In this document: piece by piece, positions 20,512 through 36,530 of the stretch | Layout of the letters: each line of letters opens with the position of its first letter | Numbering within the stretch: the stretch's first letter is position 1 | From: Nitrospirales bacterium | GTDB taxonomy: Bacteria; Nitrospirota; Nitrospiria; Nitrospirales; UBA8639 | DNA: 64,000 nt | Assembly: GCA_963422365.1 (NCBI GenBank) | Contig: OY729426.1 | Coordinates: forward strand, 576,001-640,000 | Direction: 5' to 3' | The notes under the pieces: generated by a model | The model's input: only the letters and a program-made list of their open reading frames with translations | Database searches by the model: none | Told to the model about the DNA's origin: nothing | Position numbers and translations under genes: made by a program

Positions 20512-21473
20512 GACGGGTTCCTCGGGGTTGCGGACTTTGCCGTCCTGACGGCTCCGGCCCGTGGGTGCGCCTGATCATAGACGTCCATCAACCGATCCGT
20601 GGCCAGATGCGTGTAGTGTTGGGTGGTGGCCAACGACGCGTGCCCGAGCAGTTCCTGAATGACCCGAAGGTCGGCCCCCTCATCCAATAAATGCGTGGCA
20701 TAGGAATGCCGAAAGGTATGCGGGGTGAGGCTCCCCACCTGCACCCGAGCGCCAGCCCGTCGGACGATTCGCTCCACACTCCGCGTCGACAACCGGCCCC
20801 CTCGATTATTCCGGAACACCGGGCCATCTGTCGGTGGCACCGTGAAGGTCACAGCCGCAGCCTGACGCGCAGGCACCGGTGTCACGGCCAGATAGTCCTG
20901 GATCGCCTCGATCGCCACGTGACCGATCGGCACGAGACGCTCTTTGTGGCCCTTGCCTCTCAACCGCACCAGGCCCTCCTCCAGACTGAGATCGCTCCCA
21001 TTCACCCCGACCAACTCGCTCACCCGCGCACCCGTGGAATAGAGGGTTTCCAACAGAGCCTGATCCCTGAGGGCATGCCCCCCCTCAGTGGCCTCAGGAG
21101 ACTCGATCACCCGTGTCGCCTCATCTTTCGTCAGCACGCGGGGCAGGCGGTGCCCACTTCGTGGGGTCCGCACGTGCGCCACGGGATTGCTCGGCACCTG
21201 CCCGCGTCGATGGAGAAACGTGAAGAGACTGCGCAGCGTCGCGAGCTTCCGCGCTTGCGTCGATTTGGTGACCTGCCGACCAGCCAACCACACCAGAAAC
21301 CGACGAATGAGTGCCACGTCAATCTGGAGTGGATCCGGCACCACGTCGCCGGTGACGGTATGGAGAAAGGCCACGAATTGTCGCAGGTCCGAGTGATACG
21401 CGCTGATCGTGTCACGCGACACGCCACGCTCCACATCAAGAGACGTCAGGAACGTGCGAATGGCTGCGTCCAT
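20508..21473 (-). CDS. xerC: Tyrosine recombinase XerC
   Basis: [49 protein letters not shown]; trmFO-xerC-hslVU context. Confidence 0.9.
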   Translation of the reverse strand: MDAAIRTFLTSLDVERGVSRDTISAYHSDLRQFVAFLHTVTGDVVPDPLQIDVALIRRFLVWLAGRQVTKSTQARKLATLRSLFTFLHRRGQVPSNPVAHVRTPRSGHRLPRVLTKDEATRVIESPEATEGGHALRDQALLETLYSTGARVSELVGVNGSDLSLEEGLVRLRGKGHKERLVPIGHVAIEAIQDYLAVTPVPARQAAAVTFTVPPTDGPVFRNNRGGRLSTRSVERIVRRAGARVQVGSLTPHTFRHSYATHLLDEGADLRVIQELLGHASLATTQHYTHLATDRLMDVYDQAHPRAGAVRTAKSATPRNPS

Positions 21474-22765
21474 GTTTGAAACTCATCAAGGGCCCGTTGG
21501 TGGATCATTCGACGCTTTTGTTCTTTATCCCGCATAGTCACGGGCAGGGGCGGAAACAGTCCAAAGTTCGTATTCATGGGCTGAAAATGCCGAGCGTCGC
21601 TCGTCGTAATATAATTCACCAACGCCCCATGGGCCGTGGTGAGGGGAGGAGTCACCAACGGCAGATCGGCCAACGCCCGACCGGCATTGATTCCCGCCAA
21701 GCCGCCGGTCGCGGCAGATTCGACATAGCCTTCCACGCCGACGAGACACCCCGCCAACCACGTGGTCCCGCGCATCTTCAATTGCAATGTATTCCGCAAC
21801 AATGCAGGGGAGTTCACAAAGGTATTCCGATGCACGCTTCCATATCGTAGAAACTCTGCGCGTTCGAGACCCGGAATCATTCGAAATACTCGTTTTTGCT
21901 CCGGATAGGTCAGCTTGGTTTGAAATCCGACCATGTTATAACACGAACCATAGCGATTTTCCGCACGCAATTGGAGCACCGCATACGGTTGAATGCCGGT
22001 ATGTGGATCAACCAACCCAACGGGTTTCATCGGACCAAAGGTTAATGTCTGCTTTCCACGTTCCGCCATCACTTCAATGGGGAGGCACCCTTCAAAGTAG
22101 GGCACCTTTTCACAGTCCTTCGCTTGCACTTTGTCCGCCGCCATCAGGGCCTCGTAAAAGGCCGAATACGTTCCTTCATCCATCGGACAATTCAGGTAAT
22201 CCGCACTGCCCTTCTCATAGCGTGACGCCGGGAATACTCTGTCCATATCAATAGACTCAGTATCGATGATCGGGGAAATCGCATCAAAAAACGCCAAGTT
22301 CGTCTTCTGCGTGAGTGCGGTCAAGGCCTGCGCCAGACGCTCGGACGTCAAGGGACCCGTGGCCACAATGCAAAGGGCGTCCGGCGGAATCTCCTGAATC
22401 TCTTCTCGAATGATCCGAATATTCTGGTGGGAGTCCAGCGTGCGGGTGATTGCGCGCGCAAAGATTTCGCGATCCACCGCCAGCGCTGCCCCGGCGGGCA
22501 CACGTGCCGATTCTGCTGCCTGCATGATGAGCGAATTCAACAGCCGCATCTCTTCCTTCAAAATGCCAGACGCGCTGTTGGGATCCGCGGATCCCAACGA
22601 ATTCGAGCACACGATTTCCGCTAACTGATCGGTCTTGTGTGCCGCCGTCCCTTGCTTCGGTCGCATCTCGTAAAGCGTGACCCGCGCTCCACGCTCCGCC
22701 GCCTGCCAAGCCGCTTCCGATCCCGCAAGCCCCCCACCGATGACCACCACATCATCGCGCATCAT
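21446..22765 (-). CDS. trmFO: Methylenetetrahydrofolate-tRNA-(uracil-5)-methyltransferase TrmFO
   Basis: GGGLAGSEAAWQ, EIVCSNS, FEGCLPIE, GPMKPVGL, HRNTF, GVEGYVES. Confidence 0.95.
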   Translation of the reverse strand: MMRDDVVVIGGGLAGSEAAWQAAERGARVTLYEMRPKQGTAAHKTDQLAEIVCSNSLGSADPNSASGILKEEMRLLNSLIMQAAESARVPAGAALAVDREIFARAITRTLDSHQNIRIIREEIQEIPPDALCIVATGPLTSERLAQALTALTQKTNLAFFDAISPIIDTESIDMDRVFPASRYEKGSADYLNCPMDEGTYSAFYEALMAADKVQAKDCEKVPYFEGCLPIEVMAERGKQTLTFGPMKPVGLVDPHTGIQPYAVLQLRAENRYGSCYNMVGFQTKLTYPEQKRVFRMIPGLERAEFLRYGSVHRNTFVNSPALLRNTLQLKMRGTTWLAGCLVGVEGYVESAATGGLAGINAGRALADLPLVTPPLTTAHGALVNYITTSDARHFQPMNTNFGLFPPLPVTMRDKEQKRRMIHQRALDEFQTWTQPFARS

Positions 22766-22886
22766 TCGTTGATTCTCCTTTGAAAACCAAGAAAAAGGTA
22801 TTCTAGGGGCGGAATGAAAACCCGTCAAGAAGGGAGGGAGGAATCCTGGCTGTGCTTGAATTCTCCTTCGTTTTTCGGTGTACAAA

Positions 22887-23750
22887 TCAGGTTTCACGTG
22901 GCTTCAGCCCTAACTCGTCCACGACCGGGCGCAACGATTGAACGACCCGTTCATGACAGAACCCATTGGTCGCCAGCAGACCATGCGTGTTGGCGAGTTG
23001 CTGGAAGCCATACACCAAAGGCTGCCCCAGGATCGTGGTCAATTGTCCGCCAGCCGCTCGCAGAATCGCTTCTGGGGCACAAGCGTCCCAGAGCTTGGTA
23101 TAGGGACCGGGCTCCAAGTACACGTCAGCTTCTCCTCTCGCAATCAGGCCGATTTTCAATCCGACACTTCCCAATGGAATTTCGTTCCCCACGCCGAGAG
23201 CCTGGCCGATCTTTTTGATCAGGGGATGTCGATGTGACCGAGAGACCGTCAAGATGAGCGATCTTCCAGGATCTCTTTCCTCGATCACCAAGGGCGTCAG
23301 GATCCCCTGTTGTTCCATCCACGCCTCATGGCCCACGGCTCCGGCATACAGCACGTCTTCATCCGGTCGATAGACCACGCCCAGTTGCGCTTGTCCGTTG
23401 ACTGCGAGCCCGATCATCACAGAGAACTCTCCGTTCCTGGCGATAAAGTCTTTTGTGCCATCCAGCGGGTCCACATACCAGACACGCCTAGGGGTCGGGA
23501 TGACCTCAAGGGGGGCGCTTTCCTCGGCCACCACGGTGTCATGGGGAAAGGCTTCTTGCAGACCCTTCACAATCAAGTCGTTCCCTTGCTGATCGGCCTC
23601 GGTCACAGGATCGTTGTTGCCTTTGTACGCCACGGCAAAATTCGTGGTATACACGTCCATTGCGACTTGGCCTGCGTTGCGAGCCAATTCCATGGCCACG
23701 GCCAATTCTTTCTTCATTCTTTCCTTGCTTCCCTTCGTTGCCGTGGCCAT
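22887..23750 (-). CDS. cysQ: 3'(2'),5'-bisphosphate nucleotidase CysQ / inositol monophosphatase family
   Basis: DPVTEAD, EE, VDPLDGTKDF, SRSH, GSVGLK, WD.CAPE; start may be 23717. Confidence 0.85.
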   Translation of the reverse strand: MATATKGSKERMKKELAVAMELARNAGQVAMDVYTTNFAVAYKGNNDPVTEADQQGNDLIVKGLQEAFPHDTVVAEESAPLEVIPTPRRVWYVDPLDGTKDFIARNGEFSVMIGLAVNGQAQLGVVYRPDEDVLYAGAVGHEAWMEQQGILTPLVIEERDPGRSLILTVSRSHRHPLIKKIGQALGVGNEIPLGSVGLKIGLIARGEADVYLEPGPYTKLWDACAPEAILRAAGGQLTTILGQPLVYGFQQLANTHGLLATNGFCHERVVQSLRPVVDELGLKPRET

Positions 23751-23801
23751 GCGAGGGAGGTTCTCGTCCCCGGTCAGCCCGCAACGCATCTGACGGCAAG
23801 A

Positions 23802-26800
23802 CTACGCACAGCGAGGCATCGATCGAACCGAGACGTCGGTGAGTGTTTCTCGAAACCACCGAGCGACATGAGGATGACAGGTAAACACCAGAACTTGATG
23901 CGTGGACGAGAGTTCCCCCAAGACCTTGATCGTGGCCTTGGCTCGGTCTGGATCAAAATTCACCAAAATGTCATCTACCACCACTGGTAACGGACCGGCA
24001 TGTTTTGCATATTCCCGCACAAAGGCCAAGCGCATGGCCAAATACAACTGTTCGGCTGTTCCACGGCTCAGGAGCTCAGCGGGCCGTGACGCGCCGTTTG
24101 GGGTTTGGACCTCTAAGCGCATTTCTCCCAGCGGTACCTGCACACGCGCATAGGTGCCTCCCGTCATCACCGAGAAAAATTTTGACGCTTCTTGCAACAC
24201 GGCCGGCTGTCGCTCCCGTTCATACATTTCCCGCGTTTTCCGTAACAAGTGTTGACAGAGGGAGCGGACCACCCAACGCTGCGCCTGTTGGTTCAGTTGT
24301 GTCAGCAACGCCTCTTTTTCCAACAGAAGATTGGAGATCTGTTCATTGTGCTCCAGATCCTTGAGCCGTTGCTCGACGCGTCCTTTCTCTTGCAATTGTT
24401 GGGTCAGGACTTCGCTCAGGCGTTGCCCTTCTCGTTCGAGCTCGCCCAGTTCTCGTTCCCATTCGGCTCGTGACTTCATAGACAACGCTTGTTCCATTCG
24501 TTGGTAATGCTCGGAGGAGCCTGCATGCACGCGTAACGCCGTTTCCAATTGTTGTTGGTCGCGTTCCAATTCTACCTGACGTGCATAGACATCGGCCCGC
24601 TGACGGAACGATTCCACGTCTAACGCACCGCCGGACTCGAGCAACCCTTCCCGTTGTTCCAAGCAACGAAGTTTCTCGGTTTCTGCGGCTTCCAGGTCCG
24701 CGCGTTTTTCGGCCATCACTTCGTTTTCACGAATGAGGTCTTGTCGCCAACTTAGGTTTTGCTCGACCGCCTTCCGAAGATTCAGTAGGGCCGCCGGCGC
24801 TTCATCCGGACTCACGGGTGCCCTTCCGCATTGCTCCAGGACTCGATTCAGTTGACCCGCGGTCTCTTGAACCGCGCTTTCGACTTGCGCCAACTCTTTT
24901 GTCGCGTCTCGCCATTCCCGCAGTTGCCCCTGTGCGCGGTCAGCGCCTGCCATGACTTCAAGCACCCCGTCAGGGGTCAGCTCCGGCGGAAGGGTCAGCC
25001 CAGCTAAAAATCCAGCCCACGCAGCTTGCGCTTCTTCTTGTGCCTGCTCTGTGAGCCGACCTCGCTTTCTGGCCTCTTCGGCTTTTTCGAATACACTCGC
25101 TAACGCTTCTTCCGCATCTTGCATGCTGGCATGAACGTCTTCCCTACGTTGGAGTACCCGACGTTCGGCTTCAAAAGACCGGCGGAGGGACTCCGCCAGA
25201 TCCATCGAATCAAGGGCCTGTCCCAGCACGCCTTGAACGAGTTGCGTCATTTCCTCCTTGAGTCGGTGCGCTTGGCGTTGCCTCAAGTCGGCTTCACCCT
25301 CCAGGGCTTTCTGTCGGTTCCTCAATTCCTGATACTGCTGCTGTAGTTCTTGTACGTGAGAGCGCCGGTGTGCCTGGAAGTCATGTCGCCACCATGCCAG
25401 CAGACCAACAACGAAAATCCCTGCTGTGGTTACAATGATCGTCAGAAAAAATTCTCGCTCAAGCCCGGAAAAAAACGAGAGGGCCACAAAGAGCAGGCCG
25501 ATCCCGATCAACCCCCATATCGGGAATCCTCGTTGCTTCTTTGCAGACCTGATCTCCGTCTCACAAGCAACGCGCTGATTCGCAAGGGCGGCGGCTTGGG
25601 CTTGGAGGTCTCGGCCCTGTTGGTGCGTGAGGTCCGATCGATGCTGAAGGTCGACCCACGTCCGCAGCGCCGCTTCTCGTTCGTCGAGCGGGACATGCGA
25701 CTCCAAACCAGAGGGGACCAACTGCGCGAATTTTTCCCGAAGCCGCTCCAGCTCGTCTTGCTTGTCTTTTTTGAGGCGTTCCCCATCCTCTTGAGCACGA
25801 TGGGCTTCAAGAACCTTCTGCCGACAGGCCTCCAACCGGTCGCGGAGCCCGCGAATGTTCTCCCGCATGGGAATCGATGTTTCAAACGTCTCGAGACGCT
25901 CCTTGTTCCATGTCGGGCCCAGACGGGTGACACTCTCATCAAGGATTTTTCTGCGGACCGCGACCCTGGCACGCAAGCTACCCAGGGAGTCCCGTCGCCC
26001 TTGCGACGCACCTCGAAGCTCATCCAAGGCTTCAACGTCATGCTGATGCTTCAGGAGCAGAGGATCCAACCGACATTGCGCTGCCCGTTCCTCGGCTTTT
26101 CGAATAGCGGATTGCAGCTCAGTCATCCGCGTTTCCAGACTCGCCAAGGTTCGCTCCACCTGTTCCAACCGTTCTACTCCGCCTGCCGGAAAATTCTCAA
26201 TGGGCGGCAGTTCCTGTACTTCCTGCCGGATCATGTGCAGTTGTTCCCAGTCCGGACGAGCTTTCACGAATAATTCAACCCGGTGACGCCGTGTTCCGGC
26301 CTCGTCTACTTGTCCGCGGTGGACTTCGATGTCACGATCCAATATCTGTGCATGTTCTTGCAGACTCTGATATTCGTCGGGAAGTTTTTGCATCTCACGA
26401 AGCGTGGTCTGGAGTTGATCTAATGCTTGAAGCAGTTGATTGATCACCGGCTTGCGACCTCCGGCCTTGAACAACTGCGCTTGTTCTCCTTCTAACGAAT
26501 TTTGCACGGCGGCCAGTGAATGTAACCCGGTGCCAATTCCCACGGTATAAATGTGTTGGCTGATCTCATCGGCTTGCAGCGTGTCCAATCGCTCCAACTC
26601 ACCGATTCCAAACGCAAACACATTTTGATACATGAGTTTCGAGGTGCCATGGACCAATTGGTGGAGCACCGCCTCATCGGAACGGGTCTTTTCCGATTCC
26701 GAGACGGTCTGTTGAAACGGAAACATGGCCTCAACGTTGACTCGACTCTTTCCACCTCTAACCAGCCGTTCGATCCGAAACCGCTTGCCCTGTGCCGTTT

Positions 26801-27026
26801 CCACCACAAGGGCTCCACCATGCGCCCCCCCTCGGACCGGTTCATACCGATTGCTGCCTCCACGCCGATGTTCAAATCCGAACAAGACCGCACGAATATA
26901 CGCCATCAAGGTGGTCTTGCCGGCTTCGTTCGAGCCTTCAAACACCGTGACGGTCGAAGCCATATCGGGAATAGCGGTGTGTTGAAAAACCCCAAACCCT
27001 TCAATGCTGATCTCTTTGATGCGCAT
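23802..27026 (-). CDS. YhaN-like SMC/AAA_27 ATPase
   Basis: GSNEAGKTT Walker A, long coiled coil, LSRGTAEQLYLAMR, DDILVNFD, FTCH. Confidence 0.9.
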   Translation of the reverse strand: MRIKEISIEGFGVFQHTAIPDMASTVTVFEGSNEAGKTTLMAYIRAVLFGFEHRRGGSNRYEPVRGGAHGGALVVETAQGKRFRIERLVRGGKSRVNVEAMFPFQQTVSESEKTRSDEAVLHQLVHGTSKLMYQNVFAFGIGELERLDTLQADEISQHIYTVGIGTGLHSLAAVQNSLEGEQAQLFKAGGRKPVINQLLQALDQLQTTLREMQKLPDEYQSLQEHAQILDRDIEVHRGQVDEAGTRRHRVELFVKARPDWEQLHMIRQEVQELPPIENFPAGGVERLEQVERTLASLETRMTELQSAIRKAEERAAQCRLDPLLLKHQHDVEALDELRGASQGRRDSLGSLRARVAVRRKILDESVTRLGPTWNKERLETFETSIPMRENIRGLRDRLEACRQKVLEAHRAQEDGERLKKDKQDELERLREKFAQLVPSGLESHVPLDEREAALRTWVDLQHRSDLTHQQGRDLQAQAAALANQRVACETEIRSAKKQRGFPIWGLIGIGLLFVALSFFSGLEREFFLTIIVTTAGIFVVGLLAWWRHDFQAHRRSHVQELQQQYQELRNRQKALEGEADLRQRQAHRLKEEMTQLVQGVLGQALDSMDLAESLRRSFEAERRVLQRREDVHASMQDAEEALASVFEKAEEARKRGRLTEQAQEEAQAAWAGFLAGLTLPPELTPDGVLEVMAGADRAQGQLREWRDATKELAQVESAVQETAGQLNRVLEQCGRAPVSPDEAPAALLNLRKAVEQNLSWRQDLIRENEVMAEKRADLEAAETEKLRCLEQREGLLESGGALDVESFRQRADVYARQVELERDQQQLETALRVHAGSSEHYQRMEQALSMKSRAEWERELGELEREGQRLSEVLTQQLQEKGRVEQRLKDLEHNEQISNLLLEKEALLTQLNQQAQRWVVRSLCQHLLRKTREMYERERQPAVLQEASKFFSVMTGGTYARVQVPLGEMRLEVQTPNGASRPAELLSRGTAEQLYLAMRLAFVREYAKHAGPLPVVVDDILVNFDPDRAKATIKVLGELSSTHQVLVFTCHPHVARWFRETLTDVSVRSMPRCA

Positions 27027-27168
27027 GGCCGACCCGCCTCTCAACATCTCCCTAACACAGGTGGTCTTTCATTAGCCTATCAACGGCCACGAGCAGCGAC
27101 CCGACAAGGCGCCGGTCGAACCCTTTCAGCCACACGAGCACTCAGGTGGGGACTTCTGGAGACGCCCG

Positions 27169-28428
27169 TTACTCGTTTCCCTTGAGAAGACGATCAATGC
27201 CTAACTGTTCCGCAGCCCGAACCCAGTCTCGTAGTTGCTCGTCCGTGGGGGCATCCATGTACCGATGGATTCTCGGATCATCGAATAATTCACCCATGGC
27301 CTGACGGAACTCCTGCGACATGGCCTCATCACCAGCCTCGGCGAGTCGCAAAAAATCTCCTAGCAGATTTTCCTCCTGGAGCAACGCGGCTCTATCGATT
27401 TCCTGTTCGGTTTTGTCAATGAAGGATTCTGCCCAGACAAAACCTGGCCCCACCCCCCACCTTTCCCGAACGGTGGTGAGGAGATCATCAAGTCGTCCCT
27501 GTCGGATCAACTCGCAATGCAGGCTCCCTCGACCGTGCAATTGCCAGCGCACAATCATGCCGTGCCGCTGATTCATGTGTTGCAATGCGTGAACCCTGTC
27601 GTCAATGCGTTGTACCAGTTCCTCCATGTCCCGCATCCCTTCAATCGAGATCATTTGGTCATCCCAACGCACTACGTCCACCGGCACAAACTCATACTCC
27701 ACGTACCCCGCCGCATCCACATCCACCAGATAACAACCGCGAGGCCCCGTTTCTTTGGCATGACGACCTTGAGGATTGCCCGGGTAGATTATCACGGGGT
27801 TGCGCTCGTGCAGAACCTTATGGGTGTGCACATGACCTAAGGCCCAATAGTCGAACCCTACCTGTCTGAGATCATCGATTTGGCAGGGAGCGTAATTTCT
27901 ATGATCCGGATCTCCTCCCACATTGGTATGAAGGAGGCCAATCGCCCAAGGCGCATCTGCGTCTCTCCGAAATGTCAGCGCCAGGTTCTCCACCACCTTT
28001 TCAGTGCGATAACTGATCCCGTAAATGCGCGCAATTTCTTGCCTGTCCCGAAACACCGACTTGGCTTCCACGGAACCGGCGCCAAACACGTAGACATTCG
28101 ATGGCCAGGGGAACTTCCCCTCCCTCTCGGGTAACGGGTCATGATTGCCATGGCACATAAACACGGGAATGCGGTGGTCCGCCAATCGCTCAAACGATCG
28201 ACGCAACCGGGTGACCGCGCGTACACTGTGATCGCTGGCATCATAGACGTCTCCTGCAATCAGCAAACAATCGACTTGTCGCGTCAGGCACAGATCGATG
28301 ATGTTGTCAAAGGCCTGTAAGGTCGCGTCACGGAGCACCTTCTGGAGGGTAGGATCCACCTCTGCCAACCCTCGAAAAGGACTATCAAGGTGCAGGTCAG
28401 CGGCATGGATAAAACGAAAGGGAAGCAT
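27169..28428 (-). CDS. YhaO/SbcD(Mre11)-like metallophosphoesterase
   Basis: ADLHLDSPF, AGDVYD, GNHD, LGHVH, YPGNPQGRH. Confidence 0.92.
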   Translation of the reverse strand: MLPFRFIHAADLHLDSPFRGLAEVDPTLQKVLRDATLQAFDNIIDLCLTRQVDCLLIAGDVYDASDHSVRAVTRLRRSFERLADHRIPVFMCHGNHDPLPEREGKFPWPSNVYVFGAGSVEAKSVFRDRQEIARIYGISYRTEKVVENLALTFRRDADAPWAIGLLHTNVGGDPDHRNYAPCQIDDLRQVGFDYWALGHVHTHKVLHERNPVIIYPGNPQGRHAKETGPRGCYLVDVDAAGYVEYEFVPVDVVRWDDQMISIEGMRDMEELVQRIDDRVHALQHMNQRHGMIVRWQLHGRGSLHCELIRQGRLDDLLTTVRERWGVGPGFVWAESFIDKTEQEIDRAALLQEENLLGDFLRLAEAGDEAMSQEFRQAMGELFDDPRIHRYMDAPTDEQLRDWVRAAEQLGIDRLLKGNE

Positions 28429-28637
28429 CTTGCTTAGAGCCCCACTGACGAACGTCCGGTGTGCTGTTTTGCTGTCATGCGTGACAGCGCCTTCTTGCGG
28501 AAAGCCACGACGGCCTGTTTCGAGTCGGTTGAAGTATCGAACACGGGGTCACCTTCGTGATGCGTTCCGAGTGACGAAGCCTACGGCTCGGCGAAGGATG
28601 ACACGCGAAGGGCTCAGGGCAGGCAGGATACGGCGCG

Positions 28638-30074
28638 TCAACCACCTTTTTTAATATTGCGATGCAGGAGTTGTTGCCCCGCCGACATGAGCGCCTCTAG
28701 TTCCTGACGAGTCGACGCTTCCGCATAACAGCGTATCAGTGGCTCCGTACCGGAAGGACGGAACAGAAACCAGCTCCCGTCTTCCAATAAGAGCTTGCAT
28801 CCATCAAGGGTGTTGACCTGCCGAATCGATGTTCCTGCAAGCCTGGAAGGCGGTGACTGTTGGACTTTGAGTAAATTTTCTCGCATTGTTTCCGTGAGGG
28901 TCTGGTCCTGGCGGTACGAAAAAACCTGGCCTACCCGCTTACACAACTCTTCCGTGAGTTCTTTGAGCGTTTTCTTGGTTCGGGCAATCATTTCCGTCAC
29001 CAGCAGGCAGGCCAGAATCCCGTCCTTTTCCGGCACGTGCCCTTGGATCGACATGCCTGCACTTTCTTCTCCGCCCATCTGGATCTCTCCCTTGACTAAG
29101 AGTTCTCCGAGATATTTGAACCCCACAGGGGTTTCTCTGACGCCCAAGCCATGACTGTGTGCCACCCGATCGATGAGGTGCGTCGTGGCAACGGATCGGC
29201 CCACGTGTCCGGTCCACTGTCTGGTTGTCACCAGATAATCCACCAGCAACGCTAACACAATATTAGGGTCGATAAAGCTGCCGTCTTGGTCCACGATCCC
29301 GAATCGGTCGGCATCCCCATCGGTGGCCAACCCGACATGCGCTTTTTGTTGTTTCACCGTGTCTTGCAATTCCGCCGTCGTCTTTCGTGTGGGCTCAGGG
29401 CGGACTCCCCCAAAATAGGCATCGCGCCAATAATGCAGAACCGCCATTTTCGCGCCTGCGTTCCTGAGGAAAGCATCGAGGTAGCCGCGCGCTGTTCCAT
29501 AGAGGGGATCCATGACCACACGCAGGTCGGCCTGACTGATTGCGTCCACGTCAATATGCTTCCCCAACGCAGACAAATAATCGGGACAAGGATCGAACAG
29601 TTGCACCATCCCCGTTTTCTCCGCCTTCTCCCACGGGAGCCATTTCACATGCTCCCCGTGCAGCAAGGGAAAAATCCGTTGTTCGATGGCTCGGGTGGTT
29701 TCAGGAAGCGCAGGGCCTCCCCACTCCGGTGTAAACTTGATGCCGTTATATTCAGGAGGGTTATGGCTGGCGGAAATATTCAGACCTCCCGCCAGGTTGC
29801 GCTGGAGGATTTGGTACGAAATGGTCGGCGTGGGAGTTTCCCGATCACACAACAACACGGACATGCCATGGCCCGCAAACACTTCCGCCGCGGCCTTTGC
29901 AAATTTGTCACCAAGAAACCTGGTATCATAGCCAATGATCAGGCTTTGTTGCCCGATCTTCTCTTGTTTCAGGATGTGGGCGATGGCTTGACTGACGATT
30001 CGGACATTCTGAAATGTAAAATCTTCCCCCAGAATGGCTCGCCACCCTGAGGTCCCAAAGGTAATGTGTCTCAT
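28638..30074 (-). CDS. Phosphoglucomutase/phosphomannomutase family protein
   Basis: FGTSGWR, SASHNP, DGDADR, GEESAG, RPSGTEP. Confidence 0.93.
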   Translation of the reverse strand: MRHITFGTSGWRAILGEDFTFQNVRIVSQAIAHILKQEKIGQQSLIIGYDTRFLGDKFAKAAAEVFAGHGMSVLLCDRETPTPTISYQILQRNLAGGLNISASHNPPEYNGIKFTPEWGGPALPETTRAIEQRIFPLLHGEHVKWLPWEKAEKTGMVQLFDPCPDYLSALGKHIDVDAISQADLRVVMDPLYGTARGYLDAFLRNAGAKMAVLHYWRDAYFGGVRPEPTRKTTAELQDTVKQQKAHVGLATDGDADRFGIVDQDGSFIDPNIVLALLVDYLVTTRQWTGHVGRSVATTHLIDRVAHSHGLGVRETPVGFKYLGELLVKGEIQMGGEESAGMSIQGHVPEKDGILACLLVTEMIARTKKTLKELTEELCKRVGQVFSYRQDQTLTETMRENLLKVQQSPPSRLAGTSIRQVNTLDGCKLLLEDGSWFLFRPSGTEPLIRCYAEASTRQELEALMSAGQQLLHRNIKKGG

Positions 30075-30246
30075 GCAGCTTACGTGCTCACTCCCCTGGT
30101 CACAGGACAATAGATGGAATTTATTCCAAGGGTAGCAAGCATGGTTTTCGAAGACCACTCTTTTTCATCGTGGTGGTACGCGAAGTTTCCCAGATGAAAA
30201 ATCCCCGATAAAACATGTCGAGAGCAGGCCTGTCGAGGGCAGTGCT

Positions 30247-30284
30247 AAAAGAAAAGCCCACGGATGTGTCCATCCGTGGGCTTC
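30247..30284 (-). terminator. Rho-independent terminator of rrn operon
   Basis: GCCCACGGATG-loop-CATCCGTGGGC stem followed by a U-tract on the minus strand, right after 5S. Confidence 0.88.
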
Positions 30285-30291
30285 AGAAGAA

Positions 30292-30408
<117 letters not shown>

Positions 30409-30537
30409 ATGTGTTGGTAGCCGTCATCTCGAGAATCTATGATGGGACGAGAAAAAACCATTCTCTGGTCTGTACCCTTCATACGTCTCGCCTTCTACCT
30501 AACTCGTATTGAAGATCATGTCTATCAGAAGTAAAAT

Positions 30538-33550
<3,013 letters not shown>

Positions 33551-33639
33551 ATTTACTTCTGATACACATGACCTTTGTTTCGGTCTATTCAATTTTCAAA
33601 CAACGATCAGCGCTCACATCGCGCCGCAAAAAAGACTGT

Positions 33640-33715
33640 TGGTGGAGCTGAGCGGGATCGAACCGCCGACCCCCTGGTTGCAAACCAGGCGCTCTCCCAT
33701 CTGAGCTACAGCCCC
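33640..33715 (-). tRNA. tRNA-Ala(TGC)
   Basis: GGGGCTGTAGCTCAG...TTTGCAA...TTCGA..CCACCA. Confidence 0.96.
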
Positions 33716-33824
33716 CTCATACCATGACCGGATAAAAATCAAGATGGACCCCCTCATCCTTTCTGCTGAACCGTTCCTCCAACCAGATTCCAAGATAAAA
33801 CGATTCAACTGGCCTTCATTCAGA

Positions 33825-33901
<77 letters not shown>

Positions 33902-33996
33902 ATCTCTCTTTACGGACCGTGACAGATATCATTGAGGAGAAGCTGCGTTGAAGAGGTGACCCTTGCGACATGTTTCTTTGTTTCTTCAGAGCAAAG

Positions 33997-35538
<1,542 letters not shown>

Positions 35539-35661
35539 ATTTTACTTCTTTTCACAAGGGCCACCACTTCAACACACTTCTTCTTTGCCGTTGTTTCGGC
35601 TATGTACCTGTCAAAGAACGACTGCACAGGCAAGTTAACGACTTGCACAGGCAAGTTGGAA

Positions 35662-35690
35662 ATAATACGGGAACGCTTAAGGGATGTCAA
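35662..35690 (-). promoter_or_regulatory. Sigma70 promoter of rrn operon
   Basis: TTGACA-17 bp-TATTAT on the minus strand ~125 bp upstream of 16S. Confidence 0.85.
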
Positions 35691-35780
35691 GCGACATTTT
35701 CGCTCATGCGCTTCATGTGTTCATTTTCTCATAGTGTAGGGTGGCACTCAGCACAAACCGGCTTTCCCACACCCTTATCG

Positions 35781-36491
35781 TCAACGCCGAGCATGCGTAT
35801 GCGGAGGATTAAAAAATTTCACGTGGGGGTGTTTCAAGAACCCAATCAACAGGATTCCAGCCAGAAACCCGCCGATATGCGCAAAAAACGCCACGCCCCC
35901 TCCTTCGGTTCCGAGGCTCATGCCGCCGCTCAAGACTTGCATCACAAACCAAAATCCCAACACGATCGATGCCGGGATATAGAGCATTTGGCTGAAAAAC
36001 CCCAGCGGGATGAGCACCAACACTTGGGCTCGCGGGTATAACAACAAATAGGCACCTAAGATCCCCGAGATGGCGCCACTGGCTCCAACCATCGGAATCG
36101 TCGAAACCTGGTCAATGGCGGCATGACTCACTGCCGCAATAATCCCGCACAAAACATAAAAGATAATGAACTTTCCATGCCCCATGACGTCTTCAATATT
36201 GTTGCCGAAAATCCACAGATACAGCATATTGCCGATCAGGTGTAACCATCCACCGTGAAGAAACATGCTGGTGACTAAACTGCCATACGGTGAAACCGCA
36301 CCAAGTTCGCTCGGGAGTTCAGCATATCCAAACACGACCGCGGGGATGGCCCCATACTGATACACAAAGGCTTCCCCGCCACCCTGCCCCAGCATCACCT
36401 GGTTCAGGAAGACCACCACGCAGGCCACCAGAAACCCGATGGTCACGAAGGGTGTGATTTCCGTCGGATTATCGTCACGTAATGGAATCAT
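35781..36491 (-). CDS. Rhomboid family intramembrane serine protease
   Basis: MIPLRDDNP, MFLHGGWLHLIGNM, GASGA, AHIGGF. Confidence 0.94.
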   Translation of the reverse strand: MIPLRDDNPTEITPFVTIGFLVACVVVFLNQVMLGQGGGEAFVYQYGAIPAVVFGYAELPSELGAVSPYGSLVTSMFLHGGWLHLIGNMLYLWIFGNNIEDVMGHGKFIIFYVLCGIIAAVSHAAIDQVSTIPMVGASGAISGILGAYLLLYPRAQVLVLIPLGFFSQMLYIPASIVLGFWFVMQVLSGGMSLGTEGGGVAFFAHIGGFLAGILLIGFLKHPHVKFFNPPHTHARR

Positions 36492-36530
36492 GGAAACACA
36501 CGGTTACGCATGCACGGTAAGGGGCGACTC

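Noticed and set aside
20691..21479. 262-aa + strand ORF and other long antisense ORFs (e.g. 19032-19829, 25350-26273, 29286-30050)
   Set aside because: Antisense shadows of well-supported GC-rich genes
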